Shown: in pieces, positions 1-9,350 of the stretch | Layout of the letters: the number at the start of each line of letters is the position of its first letter | Numbering within the stretch: the stretch's first letter is position 1 | Origin: Candidatus Hebobacterum abditum | GTDB lineage: Bacteria > Armatimonadota > Hebobacteria > Hebobacterales > Hebobacteraceae | NCBI GenBank assembly: GCA_029821875.1 | Contig: JALGXW010000008.1 | Location: 108,713-172,712 of the forward strand | Direction: 5' to 3' | Length of the DNA: 64,000 nt | Translations under genes and position numbers: made by a program | Notes under the pieces: generated by a model | The model's input: only the letters and a program-made list of their open reading frames with translations | Databases searched by the model: none | Told to the model about the DNA's origin: nothing

Positions 1-812
1 GGACCAATCCGTACCTCCGGTGGCCGGTCGTCCTCGACGAGTACACCAAGAACCGGGATGTCTGGCGGTGCCCAAGCGCGAAGATGGACTCGACGGCCCG
101 GTTCATCGTACCGATGCCGGACTGGGTGGGATATCTGAGCGCCACCCAGGGCATGTGGGGCGATCCCGTGGGCACCGGCCCATGTTACGAGAACGTCTTC
201 CCGCCCGGATGGGGCGGGGCGGTGACCGACTCCATCCTGCAGGGGAGGAATGCCGGTCCCGGCGTTCAGGGCACGGCGGAGCTTGACGCGGCCAACAAGG
301 TCTTCGTCAAGGGCTACTCCGACGCTGAGCAGAACTTCCACGACACGAAGCTGGTGGAGTTCCAGGATGTGGCCCACGTTCCTGTGGTCGCGGACGGCGG
401 GTTGAAGGCTGGCTTCCTCAGCCCCGCCACGGTGGCCTATCCCGATATCTGCTGCCCGGAGTGCTCTGGCGTTGCCTGGGATGTTTGGGGGTGGCCGACA
501 GTGGATTGCCCGGATGGCAGCTGGTGCCCGGAGTGCGCTGACATCCACGCCCCCGTCTTGTTCACCACGCAGGGGCAGAGAGGCGAGTGGAAGGAGGCGG
601 CCTCCCGTCACCTGGGTGGCAGCAACATTGGCTGGGCCGACGGCCATGCCTCATGGAGCCACGCCCAGAGGATCTGTGCCATGACTGACGAGGGAGACAT
701 CGAAGGCATCGGCCTGATCTGCTTGAGCACCTCCGTGGAAGGGTATCGAGCGAACTGCGGAGACCCTCCGGCAGACGCGGACTTCCTGTTTAGCAAGAAT
801 ACGCCCTGGTAG
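1..812 (+). CDS. 5'-truncated DUF1559 (H-X9-DG) pilin-like protein, paralog of the next gene; reading frame begins at nt 3
   Basis: Frame-3 translation from nt 3 ([27 protein letters not shown]...) aligns with residues ~100-389 of the downstream 1199..2365 protein. It includes the Cys-rich CCPEC...[11 protein letters not shown] segment and the C-terminal [16 protein letters not shown] (H-X9-DG) motif. Confidence 0.8.
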   Translation, partial: TNPYLRWPVVLDEYTKNRDVWRCPSAKMDSTARFIVPMPDWVGYLSATQGMWGDPVGTGPCYENVFPPGWGGAVTDSILQGRNAGPGVQGTAELDAANKVFVKGYSDAEQNFHDTKLVEFQDVAHVPVVADGGLKAGFLSPATVAYPDICCPECSGVAWDVWGWPTVDCPDGSWCPECADIHAPVLFTTQGQRGEWKEAASRHLGGSNIGWADGHASWSHAQRICAMTDEGDIEGIGLICLSTSVEGYRANCGDPPADADFLFSKNTPW

Positions 813-866
813 TAGGGCAACTACTGCGGCGTTGCTCATCTCGGCTCGGGCGAGATGGGTGTGCAC

Positions 867-907
867 AATGGCGGAGCGCCCTCTGTGGGCGCTCCGCCAT
901 TTTCTTC
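867..907 (+). terminator. Intrinsic terminator hairpin (14-bp perfect stem AATGGCGGAGCGCC / GGCGCTCCGCCATT, 7-nt loop) followed by TTTCTTCC
   Basis: Seen directly, 55 nt after the stop codon at 810-812. A near-identical hairpin follows the paralogous gene at 2451-2481. Confidence 0.6.
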
Positions 908-1000
908 CCGCCTTCGGGCAGGGCCGGTTCGGCACGGACACGACTTGGGGAAAGCGCTCTAGAACCGTCGAATATCACAAGAAAACCGGCGATATTCCCA

Positions 1001-1029
1001 GTGACAAACCCGCGGATCGGCGCTACAAT
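1001..1029 (+). promoter_or_regulatory. Sigma70-like promoter candidate GTGACA-N17-TACAAT upstream of the DUF1559 gene
   Basis: -35-like GTGACA at 1001-1006, a 17-nt spacer, -10-like TACAAT at 1024-1029. It lies in a locally AT-richer stretch about 170 nt upstream of the GTG start. A GAATATC-N14-GATATTC inverted repeat lies just upstream (970-997). Confidence 0.3.
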
Positions 1030-1198
1030 TCCCCTGCAGCAGCCGCCTGATGCGCGGCCTCCGACGGGGCGTCGATGGCGCCTCGCGGTGCTTCCAGGAG
1101 GAGAGGAGGGAGGTGAGGCGGGACCACAGTCGGCGGGTCGCGGTCGGCACCAGACCGCGAAGGACGTGCCTTTATTCCTTAGAGGGAGGTGTGACGAA

Positions 1199-2365
1199 GT
1201 GAGCTTTAGCAGACGTAGAGGCTTCACTCTGATCGAGCTGTTGGTGGTTATCGCGATCATCGGGATCCTGGCGGCAATGGTGTTCCCGGTCTTCGCGAGG
1301 GCGCGCGAATCCGCGCGCAAGGCGGTGTGTCTGAGCAATGTGAAGAACATCGCCCTGGCCATTCAGATGTACCTGGCGGACAACAACGATACGTTCCCGC
1401 CGGGGGAGCACGGGCAGAACGTCCGGGACTACTTCGGCACCGCGCCCGGCGGGGGCGACGACTGCCGCGTCGGTGAGGACAACGAGCGCGTGCCATGGAA
1501 GGCCCACCTGGCCAACCCGTATCTGAGATGGCCCGTGATTCTCGACGAGTACGTCAAGAACCGCGATGTCTATCGCTGCCCCAGCGCCAAGGTCGACCAG
1601 GCGGCGGCCTTCATCTACGGGATCCAGGACTGGCTGCTGTACTTGCAGGTCAACGAAGGGAACTGGGGAGATGCCACTGGCGTCGGCCCGTGCGAAGGCT
1701 ACATGAACATGCCAGCCGGATGGGGTGGTGATGTCACCGACTCCATCCTGCAGCAGTCGCTTGCTGCCATTGACTCTCGCCATGGGACCGGCGCAGGAAG
1801 CAGCAAGACCTTCGTCCAGAACATCGGGGTCGGCGAGGAGAACTTCCGCGACAGGAAGCTGGTGGAGTTCCAGGACGTAACCCACGTTCCGGTCTGTGCG
1901 GACAGCGGCATGTCCGGGAACTTCCTGAGCGTCGCCAACATGGCCTATCCCGACCTCTGCTGCACCGAGTGCGCGGGCATTGTTCCCTGGTCGTGGACCT
2001 GGGGCGGCGCTGCAGCTGGGATAACCGATTGCCCCAACGGCGATTGGTGCATGGAATGCTATGAGATGCACGCCCCCAACGTCTGGTACGACAGCAATGG
2101 CTTCGACGACGAGGCGATGAAGGCCTCCACCCGCCACCTGGGCGGCAGCAATGTTGGCTGGGCCGACGGCCACGCCTCCTGGGTCCAGGCCCAGAGGCTG
2201 TGCAGCATGGCCGACGAGGAAGAGATCGAGGGTGTCGGTACGGTCTGTGGCCCCTGGGGCACCTCGGTGGAGGGGTATCGCGCGAGCTGCGGCGAGCCCC
2301 CGACAGGCTCCCACTTCCACTTCAGCCAAGCAATCGACTGGTATGGCAAGGACACCATCAAGTGA
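1199..2365 (+). CDS. Prepilin-type N-terminal cleavage/methylation domain protein with a DUF1559 (H-X9-DG) domain and a Cys-rich insertion
   Basis: GTG start at 1199 preceded by AGGGAGG. N-terminus [60 protein letters not shown] is the type IV pilin-like methylation motif plus the DUF1559 signature. C-terminus [17 protein letters not shown] is the H-X9-DG motif. The middle segment contains 9 Cys (CCTECAGIV...[17 protein letters not shown]). Confidence 0.85.
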   Translation: MSFSRRRGFTLIELLVVIAIIGILAAMVFPVFARARESARKAVCLSNVKNIALAIQMYLADNNDTFPPGEHGQNVRDYFGTAPGGGDDCRVGEDNERVPWKAHLANPYLRWPVILDEYVKNRDVYRCPSAKVDQAAAFIYGIQDWLLYLQVNEGNWGDATGVGPCEGYMNMPAGWGGDVTDSILQQSLAAIDSRHGTGAGSSKTFVQNIGVGEENFRDRKLVEFQDVTHVPVCADSGMSGNFLSVANMAYPDLCCTECAGIVPWSWTWGGAAAGITDCPNGDWCMECYEMHAPNVWYDSNGFDDEAMKASTRHLGGSNVGWADGHASWVQAQRLCSMADEEEIEGVGTVCGPWGTSVEGYRASCGEPPTGSHFHFSQAIDWYGKDTIK

Positions 2366-2450
2366 GGTCGGACTGCGGGCCCGGCGCTGGCGATGCGCCA
2401 GGGCTATGCTGACCCGGTAGCTTCGATCTACCGTGGACGGTATGTGGACA

Positions 2451-2481
2451 ATGGCGGAGCGCCCACTGTGGGCGCTCCGCC
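2451..2481 (+). terminator. Hairpin (GGCGGAGCGCCC / GGGCGCTCCGCC) downstream of the DUF1559 gene; a copy of the 867-901 hairpin
   Basis: Sequence CAATGGCGGAGCGCCCACTGTGGGCGCTCCGCC is shared with 866-900. It lies 86 nt after the stop at 2365. There is no clear T-tract. Confidence 0.45.
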
Positions 2482-2521
2482 TAACTCCGAAGGCGGCTTG
2501 ATACGGAATCTCAGGCGACTG

Positions 2522-4543
2522 ATGGCATTACTGGCGGATCAGGCGGGAGACGGGCCCGGGTCGAACGCTCCGGGCGCAGGTGCGATCGATACACGGGGGG
2601 GAGTGACCGGCCGCGCCATCGCCATCTCCCTCTTATCCCTGCTGCTCGTCACCCTCGTCAACTTCTACGTCGAGCTCGCCTGGGGCATCAACTGGGGCGC
2701 CACCTGGACGCTCTCCCAGGGCTGCCCGGCCGCGGTGCCCGTGGTCGTCCTGTTTGTGCTCACCGGCGCGATGGCGATTCCGGTGCTTCGGCGCTTCGGG
2801 CTCAGCCGCCGCGAGCTGTTGGTGATCTACTCGGTGGTGCTCGTGGGCGCGCCCGTGGCCACCCATGGCGTGCTCGCCTGGATGCTGGTCAAGAACATCG
2901 CCTACTACTACACCGCCCGCGCGCAGCCGCACTGGGAGACAGTGTTCCTCCAGCACATACCGGTGTGGTGGAGTCCCAGCAGCGCGGCCGCGGTGGAGGG
3001 ATTCTTCGACGGGCGGGTGGCCGTGCCGTGGGGCGAGTGGGTGGTGCCGCTCATCGCCTGGGCGGGCTTCTCCATCGCGCTCTTCGTGTGCACGTTCTGC
3101 CTGATGGTTCTGGTGCAGCGCCAGTGGATCACCCACGAGCGCCTCACCTTCCCCATCGCGCAGATTCCCCTGGAGCTGGTCCGCCGGCCGCGGGCCGGAG
3201 AGAAGGAGCAGCGCGGCCGCCTGCCGATAGCGTGGGCCTTCTGGCTCGGCCTCTTCATCGCGCTGGGGGTCAACTTCCTCAGCACCATCTCGGAGAAGGT
3301 ACCCGCCCTGCCGAGCATCTCGCTCTCCCTCTACGACGTCATCCCCTGGCAGCGGGTGGGGCCTCTGGCCGGCATTGGGGCCCTCACCTTCATCTTCTGG
3401 CCGTGGATGATCGCCATCGCCTACCTGGTTCCAAAGGAGCTGTCCCTCTCGGTGTGGTTCTTCTCCATCGTGCGCGTCGGGCTGACGGTGGCCGCCATCG
3501 CCGCCGGCGCAACGCCGATGCAGCCCCAGGACTGGTGGACAACGTCCTTCCCCGCGCCCTACTACCAGGGCGGGGGCGCGGTGCTCGCCCTTGCCATCTG
3601 GGTGCTGTGGATCGCCCGCAAGCACCTCGCCCGCGCCGCTCGCATCGCCTTCAGCGGCCGGTCGGGCAGGGCGGACGCGGACGAGCCGCTGACCTATCGC
3701 TGGGCGTTTCTCGGATTCATCGCCTCCGCCGCCTTCATGATCTACTTCTTCTGGCTGTCCAACTGCCGGGTCATCTTCGGCCTCATGTTGGTCGCGCTGA
3801 CCGTCGGGTACTTCGCCATCTGGGCGAGGCTGCGGGCCGAGACGGGGCTGGGGTTCCTCTGCTTTCCCATTCAGATCCAGGACGTCGTGCAGATTCCCTT
3901 CGGCAGCAGCGTCTTCCGGCCCGCCGAACAGGTGGCCCTCGTCACCATGCGGTGGGCCTACACGCCGGGGTTCAGCACCTCCTCGGAGATCTTCACAGGC
4001 ACGGCGCTGGAATCGTTCAAGATCGCCGACGCGGCCCGCATCAACTCGCGACGGCTCGGATTCGCGGTGCTGGGCGGCTTCGTGTTTTCGCTGCTGGTGG
4101 GGGCCGTCGTCGTGCTGGCAGGGATCTACCACTACGGCTGGTTCGGCCTCGCCTGCAGCCGGGGCGGCTGGCTCGGCCCCCAGAGCATCAACGATGGCGG
4201 CCGCATCGTGACCTTCCTCACCAATCCGGGGAAGACCGACGTCAACGGCGTCATCGCCCTGTCGGCGGGCGCCGCGGTGGTCGTGACCCTGGGTCTGCTG
4301 CGGCTGCGGTTCTGGTGGTGGCCCTTTCATCCGGTCGGGTACATCGCCTCGAACACATGGGGCTCTCATTGGTGGTACCTTCCGTTCTTCATCGGGTGGG
4401 CGTTGAAAGTGTTGGTGATTCGCTACGGGGGCCTGCGGCTGTACCGCAGCACCATTCCGTTCGCGATTGGTCTCATCGTCGGCGATCTGCTGAATTCGGG
4501 CATCTGGGCGACGGTCCGGATCGTCACGCAAGGCCGCGTCTAG
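2522..4543 (+). CDS. Large polytopic integral membrane protein, function unknown
   Basis: The ORF at 2393..4543 is highly hydrophobic with more than 12 predicted TM helices and is Trp-rich. The start is uncertain: ATG at 2522 or GTG at 2603 (the GTG is preceded by a GGGGGGGAG Shine-Dalgarno-like run). The upstream part of the ORF overlaps the terminator hairpin. No family recognised. Confidence 0.6.
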   Translation: MALLADQAGDGPGSNAPGAGAIDTRGGVTGRAIAISLLSLLLVTLVNFYVELAWGINWGATWTLSQGCPAAVPVVVLFVLTGAMAIPVLRRFGLSRRELLVIYSVVLVGAPVATHGVLAWMLVKNIAYYYTARAQPHWETVFLQHIPVWWSPSSAAAVEGFFDGRVAVPWGEWVVPLIAWAGFSIALFVCTFCLMVLVQRQWITHERLTFPIAQIPLELVRRPRAGEKEQRGRLPIAWAFWLGLFIALGVNFLSTISEKVPALPSISLSLYDVIPWQRVGPLAGIGALTFIFWPWMIAIAYLVPKELSLSVWFFSIVRVGLTVAAIAAGATPMQPQDWWTTSFPAPYYQGGGAVLALAIWVLWIARKHLARAARIAFSGRSGRADADEPLTYRWAFLGFIASAAFMIYFFWLSNCRVIFGLMLVALTVGYFAIWARLRAETGLGFLCFPIQIQDVVQIPFGSSVFRPAEQVALVTMRWAYTPGFSTSSEIFTGTALESFKIADAARINSRRLGFAVLGGFVFSLLVGAVVVLAGIYHYGWFGLACSRGGWLGPQSINDGGRIVTFLTNPGKTDVNGVIALSAGAAVVVTLGLLRLRFWWWPFHPVGYIASNTWGSHWWYLPFFIGWALKVLVIRYGGLRLYRSTIPFAIGLIVGDLLNSGIWATVRIVTQGRV

Positions 4544-4607
4544 CGCGGCCGCCCGGCCCTTCGATAACGAGAGCGAGCCAGGGGCTCGCGCAGAGGAGAA
4601 GAGGAGT

Positions 4608-6617
4608 ATGTATGTAGGAGCTGATTACTATCCGGAGCACTGGCCCCGGGAGCGCTGGGAAGTCGACGCGAAGCTGATGCAGGAGGCCGGGTTCAACATC
4701 GTCCGGCTGGCGGAGTTCGCCTGGATCGACATGGAGCCGATGGAGGGAAAGTACGAGTTCGGCTGGCTCGACGACGCGCTGGCCATCCTCGACAAGCACG
4801 GCGTCTCCGCCATCCTTTGCACCCCGACCGCGACCATGCCGGCCTGGGCGCCGCGCAAGTACCCCGAGGTGATGGCCATGCAGCCCGACGGCGAGCGCCT
4901 CACCTGGGGCGTGCGGAAGAACAACTGCTTCACCTCCGGCACCTATCGGCTGCTGAGCGAGCGCATCACGCGGGCGATGGGAGAGCACTTCGCAGACACT
5001 CCCAACCTCATCGGCTGGCAGACCGACAACGAGTTCGGAGGCCCCGTCTGCTTCTGCGACACCTGCCGCGCCGATTTCCAGGACTGGCTGCGGGCCAAGT
5101 ACGGCACCATCGATGAGCTCAACCGCGCCTGGGGCACGCACTTCTGGAGCCACAAGTACACGACCTGGGGCGAGATCCAGATTCCGCATCCCTCCGGCCG
5201 GGCGGGGCGGCTGGCCGGACCGGACTATCTCAGCACCCATAACCCGAGCCTCTGCCTCGACTTCCAGCGCTATCACTCGCACCTCAACGTGCGCTTCCAG
5301 CGCGATCAGGTGCGCATCTTGCGCGCTCTCTGCCCCAAGCACTTCGTGACCCACAACTTGATGGGGTTCTTCAGCGAGCTGAACTACTATGACTTCGCCG
5401 AGGACCTCGACCACGTGAGCTGGGACAACTACCCGGTGTGGGGCGCGCCGAGCATTCCCTATGTGTCGTCGGCCGCGGCCGATGTGATGCGCGGCCTCAA
5501 GCGCAAGAACTTCTGGATCATGGAGCAGACGGCCGGCCCCGGCGGGTGGAGTAGCTTCGGCCGCAACCCGCGCCCCGGCGAGATCCGCAAAGTCGCCTAC
5601 CAGCAGCTCGCCCACGGCGCCGACGGCCAGGTCTGGTTCCGCTGGCGCACCTGCACGGCCGGGCGAGAGCAGTACTGGCACGGCCTCCTCGGCCACGACG
5701 GCAAGCCGCTCCGCCGCTACAAGGAGGCCGCGCAGACCGCCTCCGAGTACCACAAGCTTGCCCCCGAGCTGGAGGGCACCACGATCAAGGCCGAGGTCGG
5801 GATCATCCACGACTACGAGACCATCTGGGCCCTCAGGATTCAGCCCGGCTTCGAGGGCAACAGCTACCACGCCGCCATGCTGCGCTATTACTCCGCGCTC
5901 GTTCGGGCCGGCGTCAACGTGGATATGATCAAGCCGACGGAGGACTTCTCCCAGTACCGTCTCGTGATCGCGCCCGACTTCTACCTCGTCCCGGACGAGG
6001 TGGCGAAGCGGCTGAGCGATTACGTGAGGAACGGCGGCGTGCTCCTGGCCGACTGCCGCCTGGCGGTCAAGGACGAGACGAACCTCTGCTACGACCGGAC
6101 GCTCCCCGGCCTTCTTACCGAGGCGCTCGGCATCACCATCGAGGAGTACGAGGCGATGGACGGGACGATGGGGTACCCCGTCGTCGGCAAAGAGGGCCTC
6201 AAGGGCACGTACACCGCCATCCAGTACGCCGACTGGCTCAAGCCCAGCACGGCCGACGCGCTGGCCGCTTACGACCAGTGGCACCTGTCGGAGTGCGCCG
6301 CCGCGACACGGAACTCGTTCGGCAAAGGCATAGGCTACTACGTCGGCACGGTCGTGAAGGAGGCCGAGTTCTACGATGAGTTGATGGCCGAGGTGTTGAA
6401 GACGGCGAAGGTCGAGGGCGCGCTGAAGCCGCCCGTCGGCGTCGAGGTGTCGGTGCGCGAGGGCGGCGGGAAGAAGCTGCTGTTCCTCGTCAACCACACC
6501 GAGGAGAAGCAGACCGTGGCCGTGCCCTCGGGCGAGAAGGAGCTCATCACCGACAGCACCACCGGGGACACGATGGAGCTGGACATCTACGGCGTGGCCG
6601 TCATCAAGCTGGCGTAG
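4608..6617 (+). CDS. Glycoside hydrolase family 42 beta-galactosidase
   Basis: MYVGADYYPEHWPRERWEVDAKLMQEAGFNIVRLAEFAWIDMEPMEGKYEFGWLDDAL... plus WQTDNEFGG and the C-terminal trimerisation/beta-sandwich parts match GH42 (BgaB-like). Strong RBS GAGGAGAAGAGGAG upstream. Confidence 0.85.
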   Translation: MYVGADYYPEHWPRERWEVDAKLMQEAGFNIVRLAEFAWIDMEPMEGKYEFGWLDDALAILDKHGVSAILCTPTATMPAWAPRKYPEVMAMQPDGERLTWGVRKNNCFTSGTYRLLSERITRAMGEHFADTPNLIGWQTDNEFGGPVCFCDTCRADFQDWLRAKYGTIDELNRAWGTHFWSHKYTTWGEIQIPHPSGRAGRLAGPDYLSTHNPSLCLDFQRYHSHLNVRFQRDQVRILRALCPKHFVTHNLMGFFSELNYYDFAEDLDHVSWDNYPVWGAPSIPYVSSAAADVMRGLKRKNFWIMEQTAGPGGWSSFGRNPRPGEIRKVAYQQLAHGADGQVWFRWRTCTAGREQYWHGLLGHDGKPLRRYKEAAQTASEYHKLAPELEGTTIKAEVGIIHDYETIWALRIQPGFEGNSYHAAMLRYYSALVRAGVNVDMIKPTEDFSQYRLVIAPDFYLVPDEVAKRLSDYVRNGGVLLADCRLAVKDETNLCYDRTLPGLLTEALGITIEEYEAMDGTMGYPVVGKEGLKGTYTAIQYADWLKPSTADALAAYDQWHLSECAAATRNSFGKGIGYYVGTVVKEAEFYDELMAEVLKTAKVEGALKPPVGVEVSVREGGGKKLLFLVNHTEEKQTVAVPSGEKELITDSTTGDTMELDIYGVAVIKLA

Positions 6618-6651
6618 CTGCGAGCTAAGAGCCTGGAGTGAGGAGGATCAG

Positions 6652-8070
6652 TTGAGCAATTCGAGGATCGAAGTCGATCTCACGGATGTGATCTGCGCGG
6701 CCGAGCGGCGGATCATCGGCATCAACATCGACTACCTCGTCGATCACGACGAGAACCGCGAGCCGGGAGCGCGGCCGCTGCTGGAGGCCCTGCAGGAGAT
6801 GGGGGTCAAGTCGCTCCGCTTCCCCGGCGGCGACAAGTCCGACAACCATCTCTGGTCGGTGCCGCCCTTCGAGCGACCGCAGCCCACCCTCGCCTGTGGG
6901 CCCCGCGAGGGCAGAGAAGTCGTCATCCAGGACGAGGAGGGGAACTGGAAGGTCCGGCTGATGGACTTCGACGAGTTCATGCGCCTGGCCAAGGCGCTCG
7001 GCGCGGATCCGACGCTCTGCACCTGCTACGACGCGCTCTACAAGCCGGGCTGCGATGTGACCAAGGAGCATCTCCTCGAGACGGCCGTCGCCTGGGTCGA
7101 GTACGCCAACGTCAGGCAGAAGTACGGCGTGAAGTACTGGGAGATCGGCAACGAGGGATACATCGACGCCACCGTCAGCCCCCACGACTACGCCCGCGAT
7201 CTGATCGACTTCGCCAAGGCGATGAAGAACGTCGATCCCACCATCCTGATCGGCGCCAACGGGCCGCCTCGAACGGAGGGCACGGGAAGGCAGCAGGAAG
7301 AGGGCGAGCCACCGTGGTGGAAGATCGTCTACGAGGCCGCCGCCGACCACATCGACGTCGCCGTCGTGCACACCTACTCGTGCTTCAAGTGGGGGAGCTA
7401 CGAGTACTACCGCGACCACTCTCCGGGCTATCCCGAGGCACACCGCGATGCGTTGAGCGTCCTCGAAGCGGCCCGCAAGTGGGGGCCGCCGGGCTTCGCC
7501 GACCGTCTGCGGATCACCGACACCGAGCTCAACTCGGCCGACTGGTCCGAGGACGGATGGCCGAGGGTCAACGACCTCGGGCACGGCCTGGTAACGTTCG
7601 ACCTCCTCGGCACGCTGCTCGAGATCGACAAGATCGACATGGCGCAGCTCTGGAACACCCGCTGGGTGAGCCACCCGCCGGATGTGCCGAGCCTGTGGGA
7701 CGCGGTAGACGATAGGAACGAACTGCAGCCCACCGGCAAGGCGCTCGCCATCTGGAGCCAGTTCCTGCGAGATGAGATGCTCCGCATCGGTGAGCCGAAG
7801 CGGTTGCGGACCTTCGCGAGCTGCTCGAAGGACCGGAAGAAGCTCAGCCTCTTCCTTATCAATAAGGATGAGGGCGAGCGGGAGGCGACGGTCTCGATCA
7901 CTGGCGGGCCGGATTCCGGCTCGGCGCAGCGCTGGGTCTGGCAAGGAGAGGGCCCCGGCGACTTCGAGCCGACGTGGTCCGGCCCGGAACCGCTGGCGGT
8001 GAAGAAAGGCGAGATCGCGGTCTCGCTTCCGTCGGATTCCTTGACAGTGCTCGAGGTGGGCCGCGCCTAA
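6652..8070 (+). CDS. Clan GH-A TIM-barrel glycoside hydrolase, GH51-like (alpha-L-arabinofuranosidase-like; GH79 not excluded)
   Basis: LRFPGGDKSDNHLW, DEFMRLAKALGADP and YWEIGNEGY (acid/base NE) follow the GH51 AbfA layout. TTG start at 6652 with GAGGAGG 5 nt upstream. The neighbouring arabinose catabolic genes support an arabinofuranosidase role. Confidence 0.55.
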   Translation: MSNSRIEVDLTDVICAAERRIIGINIDYLVDHDENREPGARPLLEALQEMGVKSLRFPGGDKSDNHLWSVPPFERPQPTLACGPREGREVVIQDEEGNWKVRLMDFDEFMRLAKALGADPTLCTCYDALYKPGCDVTKEHLLETAVAWVEYANVRQKYGVKYWEIGNEGYIDATVSPHDYARDLIDFAKAMKNVDPTILIGANGPPRTEGTGRQQEEGEPPWWKIVYEAAADHIDVAVVHTYSCFKWGSYEYYRDHSPGYPEAHRDALSVLEAARKWGPPGFADRLRITDTELNSADWSEDGWPRVNDLGHGLVTFDLLGTLLEIDKIDMAQLWNTRWVSHPPDVPSLWDAVDDRNELQPTGKALAIWSQFLRDEMLRIGEPKRLRTFASCSKDRKKLSLFLINKDEGEREATVSITGGPDSGSAQRWVWQGEGPGDFEPTWSGPEPLAVKKGEIAVSLPSDSLTVLEVGRA

Positions 8071-8104
8071 TCCAGTCACGGACAATCATCGGAGATACCA
8101 GGAA

Positions 8105-9178
8105 ATGAGTGTGATCAAGTACGGGATCGTCGGCGGTGGATGGCGATCCGAGTTCTACCTTCGCATCATGAAGGCCATGCCGGAGCGGTTCGAGATCACC
8201 GGCATGGTCGTGCGCAACCCGGAGAAGCGGCCGCGCTTCGAGCAGACGTGGGGCGTCAAGACCTTCGAGACCCTCGACGAGATGCTGGCGAAGACCTCGC
8301 CCTCGTTCGTCGTCACATCGGTGAGCTGGCCTGCGAACCCGGGCTTCCTCAAGGAGCTGTCCGAGCGCGGGGTGCCCGTGCTCTCGGAGACGCCGCCCGC
8401 GCCCGACCTCGACGGCTTGACCGAAGTCAACAAGCTGACGAAGAAGGGCGCCCGCATCCAGGTGGCCGAGCAGTACCACGCCCAGCCCCACCATGCTGCT
8501 CTGCTCGGCCTGCTGTCGAAGTGCTTCATCGGTCGCCGCAGCCAGGCGCAGGTCTCGGTGGGCCACGGCTATCACGGCATCAGCCTCATCCGCCGCTTCC
8601 TCGGGCTCGGCTGTGAGGCGCCGAAGATCACGGGCCTGCGGTTCGCCTCTCCCATCATCGTGGCCGCCGGCAAGGGCGGCCCGCAGGAGAAGGAAACCGT
8701 CAAGCAGTCCACCCAGGACTTCTACTTCATGGACTTCGGCGACAGGCTCGGGCTGCTCGACTTCACCGATGACCAGTACTTCGGCTGGATTCGCAACACC
8801 CGCCTCCTCATCCGCGGCGAGCGCGGCGAGATCGTGAACGATCGCATCTACTACCTGAAGAACCATCGGACGCCGGTGGAGCTGAGCCTCGTCCGCCGCA
8901 CCGCCGGCACCGGCAGCAACCTTGAGGGCAACCATCTGCAGGGATACCTCGTGGGGGATACCTGGGTGTACGAGAACCCGTGCGCTCCCGCCCCGCTGGC
9001 CGATGACGAGATCGCCATCGCCACCTGCCTGATGAAGATGGACGAGTACGTGCGCACCGGCGAGGATTTCTACCCGCTGGCCGAGGCCTCCCAGGACCAC
9101 TACCTCTACCTGCTGGGCCAACAGGCGGTGCGGGAGGGCCGCCCGGTCCAGGCCGAGCGGCAGCCCTGGGCAGCCTAG
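8105..9178 (+). CDS. Gfo/Idh/MocA family NAD(P)-dependent oxidoreductase
   Basis: N-terminal Rossmann motif IKYGIVGGGWRSEFYL; overall length and C-terminal alpha/beta domain typical of the family. Confidence 0.7.
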   Translation: MSVIKYGIVGGGWRSEFYLRIMKAMPERFEITGMVVRNPEKRPRFEQTWGVKTFETLDEMLAKTSPSFVVTSVSWPANPGFLKELSERGVPVLSETPPAPDLDGLTEVNKLTKKGARIQVAEQYHAQPHHAALLGLLSKCFIGRRSQAQVSVGHGYHGISLIRRFLGLGCEAPKITGLRFASPIIVAAGKGGPQEKETVKQSTQDFYFMDFGDRLGLLDFTDDQYFGWIRNTRLLIRGERGEIVNDRIYYLKNHRTPVELSLVRRTAGTGSNLEGNHLQGYLVGDTWVYENPCAPAPLADDEIAIATCLMKMDEYVRTGEDFYPLAEASQDHYLYLLGQQAVREGRPVQAERQPWAA

Positions 9179-9210
9179 CAGCCATTTGAACGCTGCTCGG
9201 CCCCGCGGCC

Positions 9211-9292
9211 GAGATTCTTCGCTTCGCTCAGAATGACACCGAAGAGGCCGTTGCCAGAGGCGTCACCCTGAGCAGAGCGAAGGGTCTTGCCC
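9211..9292. repeat. Interspersed inverted-repeat element (family B): arm GAGATTCTTCGCTTCGCTCAGAATGACACC paired with arm GTCACCCTGAGCAGAGCGAAGGGTCTTGCC
   Basis: Seen directly. The same ~25-bp arm (TTCGCTTCGCTCAGAATGACA) recurs at 42705-42905, 60381-60557 and 63795-63840. This copy is intergenic between the oxidoreductase and the beta-helix gene. Confidence 0.6.
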
Positions 9293-9350
9293 TGGACGAA
9301 GCTCCGGGCCGGCGGCCTCCGCGGCCGCGCCCGGGGATGGAGGCGGAGAT

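Noticed and set aside
2393-2521. N-terminal extension of the membrane-protein ORF
   Set aside because: It would place the terminator hairpin of the upstream gene (2451-2481) inside the coding region. Better starts with an RBS exist at 2522 or 2603.
2633-4531. 632-aa minus-strand ORF antisense to the large membrane-protein gene
   Set aside because: R/P/G/D/E-rich low-complexity translation typical of the antisense frame of a high-GC gene. No RBS and no recognisable domains. The sense-strand ORF has clear TM architecture.
4524-6497. 657-aa minus-strand ORF antisense to GH42 beta-galactosidase
   Set aside because: Same GC-driven artefact; the plus-strand product has unmistakable GH42 motifs.
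6625-8085. 486-aa minus-strand ORF antisense to the GH51-like gene
   Set aside because: Low-complexity R/G/P/A-rich translation; the sense frame has catalytic motifs and an RBS.
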